DNA of 64,000 bases from an uncultured Solirubrobacterales bacterium (lineage in GTDB: Bacteria; Actinomycetota; Thermoleophilia; Solirubrobacterales; 70-9): contig CAWGEV010000008.1 of the NCBI GenBank assembly GCA_963821705.1, forward strand, positions 127,023 through 191,022. Direction: 5' to 3'. Of the stretch, positions 1 to 9,204 are shown one piece after another. How positions within the stretch are numbered: position 1 is the first letter of the stretch; each line of letters opens with the position of its first letter. Below the pieces are notes generated by a model. It did not search any database. It saw only the letters and a list, made by a program, of their open reading frames with translations, and had not been told where the DNA came from. The position numbers and the translations under genes are program-made.

Positions 1-548
1 AGCTCCAGCTGCTCGGCTCCCACAACGTCGAGAACGCGATGGCGGCCGCGGCCGCGGCTCTGGCATCGGGCTTTCCGCGCGACTCCGTCGCCGAGGGACT
101 GCGGAGCTTCAAGGGCGTCCGGCACCGGCTGGAGCGCGTCCGCGAGGTCGGCGGCGTCCTCTACGTGAACGACTCCAAGGCCACCAACGTCGCGTCGGCG
201 CTGGCGGGAATCCGCGCCTTCGACGGCGGGGTCCGCCTGATCGCCGGCGGCCGCCCGAAGCAGGAGAGCTTCGAGCCGCTGGTGGAGGCGGTGAAGGAGC
301 GCTGCGTCGCCGTCTACCTGATCGGCGAGGCGGCGGAGCGGATGGCGAGGGAGCTGGCCCCGGCGGTGGAGGGCGGCGTCGAGATCTCGGTCGTCGGGAC
401 GCTGGCGAGGGCCGTGGAGGCGGCCTCTGCCGACGCCCGGCCCGGCGAGGTCGTGCTCCTCTCGCCTGCGTGCGCCAGCTTCGACGCGTTCAAGGACTTC
501 GAGGAGAGAGGGGACCGCTTCCGCGAGCTGTTGGAGGCGGTCGGGTGA
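1..548 (+). CDS. murD: UDP-N-acetylmuramoylalanine--D-glutamate ligase, C-terminal part (5' end lies outside the window)
   Basis: The frame is open from base 3 (LQLLGSHNVENAMAAAAAAL...). Mur-ligase C-domain motifs DSKATNV and SPACASFD are present. The stop overlaps the ftsW GTG start (GTGA at 545-548). It sits in a dcw cluster. Confidence 0.85.
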   Translation, partial: LQLLGSHNVENAMAAAAAALASGFPRDSVAEGLRSFKGVRHRLERVREVGGVLYVNDSKATNVASALAGIRAFDGGVRLIAGGRPKQESFEPLVEAVKERCVAVYLIGEAAERMARELAPAVEGGVEISVVGTLARAVEAASADARPGEVVLLSPACASFDAFKDFEERGDRFRELLEAVG

Positions 549-1852
549 AGCGGAAGCCCCCACCCCCGCCCCCGCCGCTCGAGTACTCGCTGCTGCTCAC
601 GGCGACCATGTGCCTGCTCGCCTTCGGCGCGGTCATGGTCTTCAGCGCCAGCTCGGCGCGGTCGCTGCTGAGCAGCGGCGGCAACGGCTTCTACTACCTC
701 GAGCGCACCGTGATCTTCGGCGCCATCGGGCTGCTGGTGATGCGCGTGGCGTCGGTCCGCGGCGTTGCCGCGGTGAAGCCGCTGACGCCGCCGATCCTGC
801 TCGGCTCCGTCTTCCTGCTCTTCGCCGTGCTGCTTCCGGGCGTCGGGACAACCGTCAACGGCGCGCAGCGCTGGGTGGGCGGCGGCCTCGTCCAGTTCCA
901 GCCTTCGGAGCTCGCGAAGATCGCGCTGGTCCTCTACGGGGCCTACCTCCTCTCCACCGAGCCGAAGCGCGCCCGCACCCTCGGCGGCCTCGGTCCCTAT
1001 CTCCTCATGGTGGGGCTCTGCGTCCTGCTGATCGCCAAGGAGCCGGATCTCGGGACCTCGATCGTCGTCTCGTTCGCGGTCTGCTGCGTCCTCTTCCTGG
1101 CGGGCGTCAGGCCGCGCACCCTCGCGCCGGTGGGCGCCCTGATCGCCCTGGTGGCGGTGATCATGATCGCCATGCACCCGTACCAGGAGGCCCGCCTCAC
1201 CGGCTTCCTGCATCCGGGGAGCGACACCAGCGGAGCCGGCTTCCAGGCCAAGCAGGCCACGATCGCGATCGGATCGGGCGGCCTAACCGGCGTGGGGCTC
1301 GGGGAGAGCGTGCAGAAGGCCTCGTACCTGCCGGAGGCGCACACCGACATGATCGCGGCGGTGATCGGCGAGGAACTGGGGCTCGTGGGGATGTTCGTCC
1401 TCGTCGGCCTCTTCGGGATGTTCGGCTACGCAGGCCTGAGGGCCGCGCACCGCGCCCGAGACCGCTTCAGCAAGCTGCTCGCGGCCGGGCTGACCTCGCT
1501 GATCCTGGCGCAAGCGGCCCTGAACCTCTTCGCAGTGCTCGGGCTCGCGCCGCTCACAGGCGTCCCCTTGCCGTTCGTCTCGTACGGAGGAAGCAGCCTG
1601 ATCATCACCCTGGCGGCGGCCGGACTGATCCTGAACGTCGCCCGGCGTCCAGCGGCGGCGCAGGCTTCCGGCAGGCGTGGGACACGCAGCGGCGCAAGCG
1701 GCACTGCCGCGAGCCCTGCGAGACTCCGCGTCGTCGGCGGAACTCACCAAAGGAGAAAGCGCGCAGCAAGTGGCACGAGTCGTGATAGCGGCCGGCGGTA
1801 CGGCGGGGCACGTCGTACCGGCGATCGCCGTCGCCGACGCGCTTCGGGCTGA
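545..1852 (+). CDS. ftsW: SEDS-family peptidoglycan glycosyltransferase / cell division protein FtsW
   Basis: Multi-TM protein with the SEDS signature PEAHTDMIAAVIGEELGL. It lies between murD and murG. The GTG start at 545 overlaps the murD stop. The last ~65 codons form an Arg-rich tail with poor GC3 that overlaps murG. Confidence 0.85.
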   Translation: MKRKPPPPPPPLEYSLLLTATMCLLAFGAVMVFSASSARSLLSSGGNGFYYLERTVIFGAIGLLVMRVASVRGVAAVKPLTPPILLGSVFLLFAVLLPGVGTTVNGAQRWVGGGLVQFQPSELAKIALVLYGAYLLSTEPKRARTLGGLGPYLLMVGLCVLLIAKEPDLGTSIVVSFAVCCVLFLAGVRPRTLAPVGALIALVAVIMIAMHPYQEARLTGFLHPGSDTSGAGFQAKQATIAIGSGGLTGVGLGESVQKASYLPEAHTDMIAAVIGEELGLVGMFVLVGLFGMFGYAGLRAAHRARDRFSKLLAAGLTSLILAQAALNLFAVLGLAPLTGVPLPFVSYGGSSLIITLAAAGLILNVARRPAAAQASGRRGTRSGASGTAASPARLRVVGGTHQRRKRAASGTSRDSGRRYGGARRTGDRRRRRASG

Positions 1853-2867
1853 GGGCTCCGAGGTCAGCTTCCTCGGAACCCGCGAGCGCGCGGAGGCGGA
1901 CCTCGTGCCCCAGGCCGGCTACGAGATCGATTTCCTGCGGGTCAGCGGCCTCTCCCGGCGCAATCCGCTGAAGGCCGCCAGATCTGCCTGGCAGGCGACT
2001 CGCGCCGTCGGCGCGGCGCAGCGGCTCCTGGAGCGCCGCAGGGCCGACGTCGTCCTGGGTGGAGGGGGATACGTGGCCGGCCCGGTCGGCCTCGCCGCCG
2101 TCAGGGTGGGGCTGCCTCTCGTGCTCACCGAGGCGGACAGCCACCTGGGGCTCGCGAACCGCCTGCTCGCCCGCCGTGCACAGCGGGTCTGCCTCGCCTT
2201 CCCGATCCCGGGCCGCGATGGCGGCCCCTACGTCGTCACCGGAAGGCCGATCCCGCGGGCGGTCATCGAGGCCGACCCGACGGTGGCCCGGCGCCGGTTC
2301 GGGATCCCCGAGCCCGCGGACTGCGTGACGATCGTCGGCGGCAGCCTCGGCGCCCGCTCGATCAACCTGGCCGCCTTCGAGGCCTTCACTCGCGGGCTCC
2401 CGCACGACCACGTCGGCCAGCCCTGGGTGCTCCACGTCGCCGGGCGCCGTGACTATCCGGAGCTTCGCCGCCGCTGGGACGAGGAGGGCCGCCCCGAGCG
2501 CTACACGCTGATCCAGTACGAGCCGGACCTGGGGGACGTGCTCGCCGCGGCGGATCTGGTCGTGGCGCGGGCCGGCGGATCGGTGATGGAGATCGCCGCC
2601 GCCGGGCGGCCGGCGATCCTGATCCCTTACCCGCACGCCACCGCCGACCATCAGACGGCCAACGCCCGCTGGATGGCCGACGGCGGAGCCGCGGTCGTGA
2701 TCCCGGACGCGGAGCTCGCCCCAGCCACCCTGAGCGCCGCGATCGCCGAGCTCCTGGCCGACGAGGACCGGCTCCGCGAGATGGGGATCGCCGCCCGGCG
2801 GCTCGCCAAGCCCGACGCCGCGGAGAGGATCGCCCGCGAGGTCCTGGAGGCCGCGAGCCGTGAGTGA
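1770..2867 (+). CDS. murG: UDP-N-acetylglucosamine--N-acetylmuramyl-(pentapeptide) pyrophosphoryl-undecaprenol GlcNAc transferase
   Basis: N-terminal AAGGTAGHVVPA glycine-rich motif. GTG start at 1770, about 15 nt after an AAAGGAG Shine-Dalgarno sequence. The upstream part of the track ORF (from 1677) has poor GC3. dcw context. Confidence 0.9.
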   Translation: MARVVIAAGGTAGHVVPAIAVADALRAEGSEVSFLGTRERAEADLVPQAGYEIDFLRVSGLSRRNPLKAARSAWQATRAVGAAQRLLERRRADVVLGGGGYVAGPVGLAAVRVGLPLVLTEADSHLGLANRLLARRAQRVCLAFPIPGRDGGPYVVTGRPIPRAVIEADPTVARRRFGIPEPADCVTIVGGSLGARSINLAAFEAFTRGLPHDHVGQPWVLHVAGRRDYPELRRRWDEEGRPERYTLIQYEPDLGDVLAAADLVVARAGGSVMEIAAAGRPAILIPYPHATADHQTANARWMADGGAAVVIPDAELAPATLSAAIAELLADEDRLREMGIAARRLAKPDAAERIAREVLEAASRE

Positions 2868-4263
2868 GCCCTTGAGCGGCCGGCGGCTCCACTTCATCGC
2901 CATCGGCGGCGCTGGGATGAGCGGTCTCGCGCTCGTCTGCCGCACGCTGGGCGCGGAGGTGAGCGGATCGGACCGAGCGGAGTCCTCCTACATGGACCGG
3001 CTCCGGGCCGCGGGGATCGAGCCGCATCTGGGCCATGACCCGGACCAGGTTCCCGCCGACGCCGAGGTGGTCGTCTCGACCGCGATCCCGGACGACAACC
3101 CGGAGCTCGCCCGCGCTCGCGAGCGGGGCCAGAAGGTCGTCCATCGCGGCGAGCTGCTGGCCGAGCTCTGCTCGCAGCGCCGCCTGCTCGCGATCGCCGG
3201 GACGCACGGCAAGACGACCACCGCGGCCATGTGCATCTGGGCGCTCCGCGAGATCGGCGCCGACCCCGCCTTCTTCCTCGGGGGCGAGCTGCCGGGCGCG
3301 GGTCCGAATGGCGAGCCGACCAACGCCGGCTGGGGGGAGGGCGAATGGGTCGTCGCGGAGGCGGATGAGAGCGACGCGAGCTTCCTCAAGCTGCAGCCCG
3401 AGGTGGGCGTGATCACCAACCTCGAGCTCGATCACCACTCGCGTTGGAGCTCGCTGACGGAGCTCTCGGAGGCGTTCGCGGCCTTCTCCTCCCCGGCATC
3501 AGGGCTGGTCGTCGGCGCCGATGTGCGCCTGCCGGGACAGGAGGCGCAGAAGGTGGTGCGGTTCGCGCTGGAGGCGGCCGGGGACGAGCGTCCGGTCGAG
3601 GCCGAGCTGCTCGCGACCGGCATCGAGACGAACCCCGACGGGGGCAGCCGCTTCCGCGCGCGGGGCGCCGGCATCGACGAGGAGGTGAGCCTCCGCGTGC
3701 CCGGGCGGCACAACGTCGCGAATGCTCTCGCAGCGCTCGGCGGCCTCTCGCTGGCCGGCGCCGATGTCGCCGGCGCCGCCCAGTCGCTCCGCGAGTTCCC
3801 GGGCGTCGCGCGCCGCCTCGAGCTGAAGGGAGAGAGCAACGGTGCCCTCATCTACGACGACTACGCCCATCACCCGACCGAGGTCGCGGCCACCCTCGAG
3901 GCAGCACGCGGGCTCGCCCCGCGTCGCCTGATCGCCGCCTTCCAGCCCCACCTCTACTCGCGCACGAAGGCCCTGGCGAGCGAGTTCGGTGCGGCCCTTG
4001 CGGCCGCGGACGAGGTTGCCGTCCTGGACGTCTACCCGGCGCGAGAGGAGCCCATCGGGCCCCTGGAAGGGGTGAGCGGCCTGATGGTCGCGAGCGCCGC
4101 CGCCGACCGGGCGCGCGGCCGCCAGGTCTGGTGGCTTCCCACGGCGGAGCTCGCAGCCCAGGCCCTGGGGCCACGCCTCCGCGAGGGGGACATCCTGATC
4201 ACGATCGGCGCCGGGGACATCTTCAAGCTGGCGGAGGTCCTCGTGAACGGCGGTTCGGAGTGA
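2860..4263 (+). CDS. murC: UDP-N-acetylmuramate--L-alanine ligase
   Basis: Motifs GIGGAGMSGLA and GTHGKTTT. The start overlaps the murG stop. dcw context. Confidence 0.92.
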   Translation: MSEPLSGRRLHFIAIGGAGMSGLALVCRTLGAEVSGSDRAESSYMDRLRAAGIEPHLGHDPDQVPADAEVVVSTAIPDDNPELARARERGQKVVHRGELLAELCSQRRLLAIAGTHGKTTTAAMCIWALREIGADPAFFLGGELPGAGPNGEPTNAGWGEGEWVVAEADESDASFLKLQPEVGVITNLELDHHSRWSSLTELSEAFAAFSSPASGLVVGADVRLPGQEAQKVVRFALEAAGDERPVEAELLATGIETNPDGGSRFRARGAGIDEEVSLRVPGRHNVANALAALGGLSLAGADVAGAAQSLREFPGVARRLELKGESNGALIYDDYAHHPTEVAATLEAARGLAPRRLIAAFQPHLYSRTKALASEFGAALAAADEVAVLDVYPAREEPIGPLEGVSGLMVASAAADRARGRQVWWLPTAELAAQALGPRLREGDILITIGAGDIFKLAEVLVNGGSE

Positions 4264-5189
4264 CACCCGGCGACGTCGTCAGCGCGATGCTGGAGCATGA
4301 CTATCCGCTCTCGCGGCTGACCACCGTGCGCGCCGGCGGCAGCGCGGACCACTTCGCGCCCCCCGCCTCCGAGGAGCGGGTGGTGGACCTCCTCGCGTGG
4401 GCGGAGGGGGAGGGGATTCCGGTCGGCGTGGTCGGCTCCGGCTCGAATCTGCTGGTCTCGGACGATGGCTTCCGCGGCCTGGTGATGAAGCTGACGGGCG
4501 AGCTCACCGGGGTGGAGCGCCAGGAGGATCACGTCGTCGCCGGTGGCGGCGCCCGGCTGCCGTCCGCCGCGGCCAAGGCGGCGGGGTGGGGGCTCACGGG
4601 CCTCGAGTTCGGGGTGAACATCCCGGGTACGGTGGGCGGCGCCGTCCGGATGAATGCCAACGCATACGGTGGCGAGCTCGGGCGTGTCCTGGAGACCGTC
4701 AGGGTGTGCACTCCCTCGGGCGTCGACGAGCGGCGCCCCGAGGATCTCGGCTTCCGCTACCGCGGCTCGGCTCTGGGTGACAGGGACGTGGTCTCCAGCG
4801 CCACCTTCGCCCTCGCCCAGGCGAATCCGGCCGACGTGAAGGCCACCATGGCGGACATGCGGCGCAGGCGAAAGGAGGCCCAGCCCTCCGGCATAAAGAC
4901 GTTCGGATCCACCTTCATGAACCCCGAGGACCCGCGGGCGGAGGGCCGCTCCGCGGGCCAGCTGCTCGATGCGGCCGGCGCTCGCGGGCTCGAGATCGGC
5001 GGCGCCCGCCTCTCCCCGAAGCATGCGAACTTCGTCGAGAACACGGGCGGCGCGACCACCGCGGACATCCTCGAGGTGATGGCGGAGGCGAGGCGCATGG
5101 TCCACGAGCGATTCGGGGTGACCCTGGAGCCCGAGGTGCAGGTCCTTGGCGAGGTGAGCTGGCCGGAGCAATGGCAACTCGAGCGGTAA
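4260..5189 (+). CDS. murB: UDP-N-acetylenolpyruvoylglucosamine reductase
   Basis: FAD-binding region VGSGSNLLVSD and C-terminal KTFGSTFMNP. The GTG at 4260 overlaps the murC stop (GTGA). An alternative ATG start is at 4287. The long upstream part of the track ORF is an out-of-context reading of murC. Confidence 0.88.
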   Translation: MTPGDVVSAMLEHDYPLSRLTTVRAGGSADHFAPPASEERVVDLLAWAEGEGIPVGVVGSGSNLLVSDDGFRGLVMKLTGELTGVERQEDHVVAGGGARLPSAAAKAAGWGLTGLEFGVNIPGTVGGAVRMNANAYGGELGRVLETVRVCTPSGVDERRPEDLGFRYRGSALGDRDVVSSATFALAQANPADVKATMADMRRRRKEAQPSGIKTFGSTFMNPEDPRAEGRSAGQLLDAAGARGLEIGGARLSPKHANFVENTGGATTADILEVMAEARRMVHERFGVTLEPEVQVLGEVSWPEQWQLER

Positions 5190-5938
5190 GCCACACCCGT
5201 CCGGTGAGGCGCACCCGGGCCCGGCGGAAGCCCGCCGGCCGCGGGGCCGTCCTTCGGCGCAGGCTGATCGCCGCAGGCATCGTCCTGGTGGTCCTCTACG
5301 GCGGGTACATGCTCTGGTTCCGGAACCTGTCCTGGTTCGCGATCCATGACGTGACGATCAAGGGGGCCACCACCAGCCAGGCCCAGATCCGCTCCTCGGT
5401 CGAGCGAGCCGCGCAGGACATGACCACGCTCCACATCAAGGACACCGAGCTGCGGGACGCGGTCGCACGCTTCCCGACCGTGGCCTCCGTGAGGGCGACG
5501 ACCAGCTTTCCCCACGGCCTGACGGTGACCGTGACCGAGCGCCTCCCGGTGGCCTTCGTCCAGATCCACGGCCAGCGCACTGCGGTGTCGGCCGACGGCT
5601 ACCTCCTCCCCGGCGCCAGCTTCGACGCCAAGGCGCTGCCGCGAATCGAGGGCGCGGCGCCCCGCGGCGCCCGCCTGGACGGGGACGCGGCGGCGCAGGC
5701 TGCGATTCTCGGGGCTACGCCGGCGCCCCTCCGAAACGACGTGGTGAGCTCGACCTGGAACGACCAGCGGGGCGGGGTGGTGATCGACCTGAAGAACGGC
5801 CCGCAGGTGATCTTCGGGGACGGCTCGCGGGCCGCGGACAAGTGGGCCGCGGCGGTCGCGGTGCTCTCGAGCCCCGAGCACGGCTCGCCCTCCTACGTGA
5901 ACGTCGTCGTCCCGGACAAGCCCGTCACGGGCGGCTGA
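5171..5938 (+). CDS. ftsQ: Cell division protein FtsQ (POTRA domain)
   Basis: Basic N-terminus, one TM helix (IAAGIVLVVLYGGYMLWF), then a POTRA-like segment FAIHDVTIKGA. It lies between murB and ftsZ. Confidence 0.8.
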   Translation: MATRAVSHTRPVRRTRARRKPAGRGAVLRRRLIAAGIVLVVLYGGYMLWFRNLSWFAIHDVTIKGATTSQAQIRSSVERAAQDMTTLHIKDTELRDAVARFPTVASVRATTSFPHGLTVTVTERLPVAFVQIHGQRTAVSADGYLLPGASFDAKALPRIEGAAPRGARLDGDAAAQAAILGATPAPLRNDVVSSTWNDQRGGVVIDLKNGPQVIFGDGSRAADKWAAAVAVLSSPEHGSPSYVNVVVPDKPVTGG

Positions 5939-6127
5939 TGCTTTTTCGAGGGTTCCGAGAGGGCCTCTGCAACGGCACATTCACACCGATTCCGGCCCCT
6001 GGGCCTCCTCGGAGGAGTCACGCACCGGGCGTCGAAGCATGCCCTGGAACTGCACGATTTGCAGGGATTTTCTGGAGGCTCAAGGAACCCTGGACCTCGA
6101 CCTCGACACGAGACTGACCCCGCCGAA

Positions 6128-6204
6128 AGTCTCAAGGGAGACTTGAGACTGCAGGCTTGCGCGGTGCAGGAAAGCGCGTACCCTGTGGCGTAGTTCAGGT
6201 ACGC
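6128..6204 (+). promoter_or_regulatory. Two perfect stem-loops in the 297-nt ftsZ leader/promoter region
   Basis: AGTCTCAAG-ggaga-CTTGAGACT (6128-6150; 9-bp stem, 5-nt loop) and GCGTACC-N15-GGTACGC (6176-6204; 7-bp stem), read by eye. The region is visibly less GC-rich than its flanks. Confidence 0.3.
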
Positions 6205-6235
6205 CCCCAAGAGGGGCTCGGAGCAGGACCAACCA

Positions 6236-7318
6236 ATGGAAACGTCATATCTGGCCGTAATCAAGGTCGTCGGAGTCGGTGGCGGTGGCTCGAACGCCGT
6301 CAGCCGCATGGTCGACGCGGGTCTCCGGGGCGTCGAGTTCGTCGCTGTGAACACCGATGCGCAGGCTCTCCAGGCCTGCGATGCCGACGTCAAGATCGGG
6401 ATCGGGCACAACCTCACCAAGGGCCTCGGCGCGGGCGCCAATCCGGAGGTCGGCGCGGGCGCGGCGGCCGAGTCGCGCGATGAGATCAAGGACGCGCTGA
6501 AGGGCGCGGACATGATCTTCGTCACCGTCGGCGAGGGCGGCGGCACCGGCACCGGCGCCGCCCCCGTGATCGCCGAGATCGCGAAGCAGGAGATCGGAGC
6601 CCTCACCGTCGGCGCCGTCACCAAGCCCTTCGAGTTCGAGGGCAAGAAGCGGATGGCCCAGGCCGAGGAGGGGATCGACCGCCTGCGCAAGGAGGTCGAC
6701 ACGCTGATCACGGTCCCCAACGAGAAGCTTCTTCAGATCGTCGAGCGGCGGACCACGATCCTCGAGGCCTTCCGCGAGGCCGACGACATCCTCCGCCAGG
6801 GCGTCCAGGGCATCACCGACCTGATCACGATCCCCGGCCTGATCAACCTCGACTTCGCTGACGTCCGGCTCGTCATGCACCAGGCCGGCTCCGCCCTGAT
6901 GGGCGTCGGCACGGGCACCGGCGAGAACCGCGCGGTTGAGGCCGCCAAGGCCGCGATCACCTCCCCGCTGATCGAGGAGAAGATCGACGGCGCCAAGGGC
7001 ATGCTCCTGAACGTCACCGGCGGCGAGGACCTCGGGCTCTTCGAGGTGAATGAGGCGGCGCGCCTCTGCATCCAGGCCGCCGACGCGAACGCGAACATCG
7101 TCTTCGGTGCCGTGGTCGACTCCTCGATGCACGAGGAGGTTCGCGTCACGGTGATCGCCACCGGCTTCGAGGGCTTCGAGATGATCGCCCGGGCGCCCGA
7201 GTTCACCGCCCGGTCGGCGGCGGAGCGCAGGCCCGCGCCGGCGCGGGGCGGCCGCGAGTCGCTCTCGGATCTCCGGATCTCCGAGTCCGAGATCGACGTC
7301 CCCGACTTCCTCAAGTAG
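6236..7318 (+). CDS. ftsZ: Cell division GTPase FtsZ
   Basis: Tubulin signature [11 protein letters not shown], plus [11 protein letters not shown] and [11 protein letters not shown]. The C-terminal DIPDFLK-type peptide appears as DVPDFLK. Confidence 0.97.
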   Translation: METSYLAVIKVVGVGGGGSNAVSRMVDAGLRGVEFVAVNTDAQALQACDADVKIGIGHNLTKGLGAGANPEVGAGAAAESRDEIKDALKGADMIFVTVGEGGGTGTGAAPVIAEIAKQEIGALTVGAVTKPFEFEGKKRMAQAEEGIDRLRKEVDTLITVPNEKLLQIVERRTTILEAFREADDILRQGVQGITDLITIPGLINLDFADVRLVMHQAGSALMGVGTGTGENRAVEAAKAAITSPLIEEKIDGAKGMLLNVTGGEDLGLFEVNEAARLCIQAADANANIVFGAVVDSSMHEEVRVTVIATGFEGFEMIARAPEFTARSAAERRPAPARGGRESLSDLRISESEIDVPDFLK

Positions 7319-7342
7319 GACGTCCGGCCGCACGGCGGTAGC

Positions 7343-8020
7343 GTGATCCGCATGAGCGGATCGCGAAAGGCGATGGAGACCTTTCGAGCCGTCGCGGTGA
7401 TGGTCGGCGGCCCGCTCCTCCTCCTGGTCGCCGTCGCGGCCTCGGTCGGCTCCTGCCTCCGAGCCCTGGCGGGCGGCCGGCGGCCCTCCCTGCCGGCTGC
7501 GCTGGGGACCGTGGCCTTCATCCTCCATGCGGGTCCGGTCCGGAGATGGATGAGGAGCTGGGGCGCCGCGGGCGAGGGCGCGACGACCACCGAGCCGGTG
7601 CATGCGATCGAGATCGATGCACCGGCGCAGGAGGTCTGGCCGTGGGTGGCGCAGCTCGGGCAGGACCGGGGCGGCTTCTACAGCTACGAGTGGCTCGAGA
7701 ACCTCGCGGGCTGCCGGATGCGGAACGCCGATCGCGTCCATCTCGAGTGGCAGCACCGCGAGATCGGCGAGAAGGTGATGCTTCATCCGCTCAACGGCCT
7801 GATGGTCACGCGCTTCGATCCAGGCCGCGAGCTGGCCCTGGAAGGCTGGGGATCTGTCGCTGTCGAGCCCCTGGACGGCGGCCGAAGCAGGGTGGTCGTG
7901 CGGGGCGCCCCGCACGAGGATCGCCTCTTCAGGGCCTACTACGTGGGGCTGATCGAGCTCCCGCACTTCCTGATGGAGCGCAGGATGCTGCTCGGGATCA
8001 AGGAGCGTGCAGAGCGCTGA
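7343..8020 (+). CDS. SRPBCC (START/polyketide-cyclase-like) family protein with an N-terminal TM segment
   Basis: EIDAPAQEVWPWVAQLGQDRGGFYSYEWLEN is typical of actinobacterial SRPBCC proteins. GC3 is good. Confidence 0.6.
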   Translation: MIRMSGSRKAMETFRAVAVMVGGPLLLLVAVAASVGSCLRALAGGRRPSLPAALGTVAFILHAGPVRRWMRSWGAAGEGATTTEPVHAIEIDAPAQEVWPWVAQLGQDRGGFYSYEWLENLAGCRMRNADRVHLEWQHREIGEKVMLHPLNGLMVTRFDPGRELALEGWGSVAVEPLDGGRSRVVVRGAPHEDRLFRAYYVGLIELPHFLMERRMLLGIKERAER

Positions 8021-8025
8021 GTGCA

Positions 8026-8071
8026 GCCGCCTCCTGGTCGGGGAAGAAGCACTCTTCCTCGGTCAGGCGGC
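8026..8071 (+). terminator. Long imperfect hairpin between the SRPBCC gene and gcvT (terminator or 5'-UTR structure)
   Basis: Outer stem GCCGCCT/AGGCGGC (7 bp). Inner stem GGGGAAGA/TCTTCCTC (7 of 8 pairs) around an agcac loop. It starts 6 nt after the stop at 8020. No U-tract follows. Confidence 0.3.
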
Positions 8072-8096
8072 TCACGGCCGCCAGTATCGTGCACCC

Positions 8097-9176
8097 GTGG
8101 AAGCGGGGACGCTGAAGAGGACGCCGCTGTACGACGCCCACGTCGAGGCCGGCGCCAAGCTGGTCGACTTCGCCGGCTGGGAGATGCCCGTTCAGTACGA
8201 CGGGATCCGCGAGGAGCACCTGCGCGTGCGGAATGCCTGCGGCATCTTCGACGTCTCCCACATGGGCGAGGTCGAGACGCAGGGCCCGCAGGCGGCCGAC
8301 CTGCTCCAGCGCCTGCTCTCGAACCACGTCTCGAAGATCAAGGTCGGCGGGGCGCAGTACTCGTGCCTCTGCCGGGAGGACGGCGGCGTCCTCGACGACC
8401 TCTTCACGTACCGCCTGGCGGACGACCGCTACCTGACCGTGACGAACGCGGCCAACCACGAGCGCGACCTCGAGTGGTTCGAGGCGCACGCCGGGGAGTT
8501 CGACGCCGAGGTCCTTGACCGGATCGACGACTACGCGATGCTCGCGGTCCAGGGACCGGACGCCCGCGGGATCGTCTCCGGGCTGGCCGACGGCGAGCTG
8601 CCGGCGCGCTTCCAAACCGCCGAGCTCGACGTCGCCGGCCAACCGGCGCTGGTCTGCGGCACCGGCTACACGGGCGAGGACGGCGTCGAGCTCCTGATCG
8701 CGCCCGACGGGGCCAGGGCGGTCTGGGACGCGGTGATCGCCGCGGGCGCCGGGCCAGCCGGCCTGGGGGCGCGGGACACGCTCAGGCTCGAGGTCAACTA
8801 CTGCCTCTACGGCAACGACCTCACCGAGGAGCGCAGCCCGATCGAGGCCGGGCTGGGCTGGTGCGTCAAGGAGGACACGGGCTTCATCGGCTCGGAGGCC
8901 TGCCGCCGCGTGCGCGAGGAGGGTCCCAGGGAGGTGCTCGAGCCCTTCGTGATCAGCGGCGCCGGCATCCCGCGCCAGGGAAACGCGATCGTGAGGGGCG
9001 ACGAGGAGGTCGGGGTGGTGACGAGCGGGACCCTCTCGCCCTCGCTGGAGGTCGGCATCGGGATGGGCTACGTCCGCAGCGACCTCGCCGAGCCGGGCGC
9101 GGAGGTCGAGATCGACGTCAGGGGCAGGCGCCGCCCGGCCGAGATCCGCGAGCGCCCGCTCTACTCGAAGAACTGA
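8097..9176 (+). CDS. gcvT: Glycine cleavage system aminomethyltransferase (T protein)
   Basis: LKRTPLYDAHVEAGAKLVDFAGWEMPVQY N-terminus. GTG at 8097 is chosen by family N-terminus. The track ORF starts at 8007. Confidence 0.9.
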   Translation: MEAGTLKRTPLYDAHVEAGAKLVDFAGWEMPVQYDGIREEHLRVRNACGIFDVSHMGEVETQGPQAADLLQRLLSNHVSKIKVGGAQYSCLCREDGGVLDDLFTYRLADDRYLTVTNAANHERDLEWFEAHAGEFDAEVLDRIDDYAMLAVQGPDARGIVSGLADGELPARFQTAELDVAGQPALVCGTGYTGEDGVELLIAPDGARAVWDAVIAAGAGPAGLGARDTLRLEVNYCLYGNDLTEERSPIEAGLGWCVKEDTGFIGSEACRRVREEGPREVLEPFVISGAGIPRQGNAIVRGDEEVGVVTSGTLSPSLEVGIGMGYVRSDLAEPGAEVEIDVRGRRRPAEIRERPLYSKN

Positions 9177-9204
9177 GCGCCCAGCGGCCCTATAGGTTTC
9201 AGGC

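Noticed and set aside
314-1213. Long antisense or out-of-frame ORFs throughout the track. Examples: 314-1213(-), 1605-2945(-), 6245-7966(-), 7998-9206(-), 11712-13520(-), 15393-16553(+), 34013-35854(-), 37649-39643(-), 54812-57283(-), 61679-63046(-).
   Set aside because: They overlap genes with clear family motifs on the other strand or frame. Their products are Arg/Pro/Gly/Ala-rich low-complexity strings without motifs. Stop-poor alternative frames are expected in very GC-rich DNA. I treat them as artefacts.
8021-8096. Possible glycine riboswitch upstream of gcvT (and upstream of gcvPA at 12348-12386).
   Set aside because: The spacers are only about 76 and 15-39 nt, too short for even a single glycine aptamer. 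None of the conserved blocks (for example ACCGAAGGGGCAA-like segments) are visible. Only a generic hairpin is present. An Rfam RF00504 scan would settle it.
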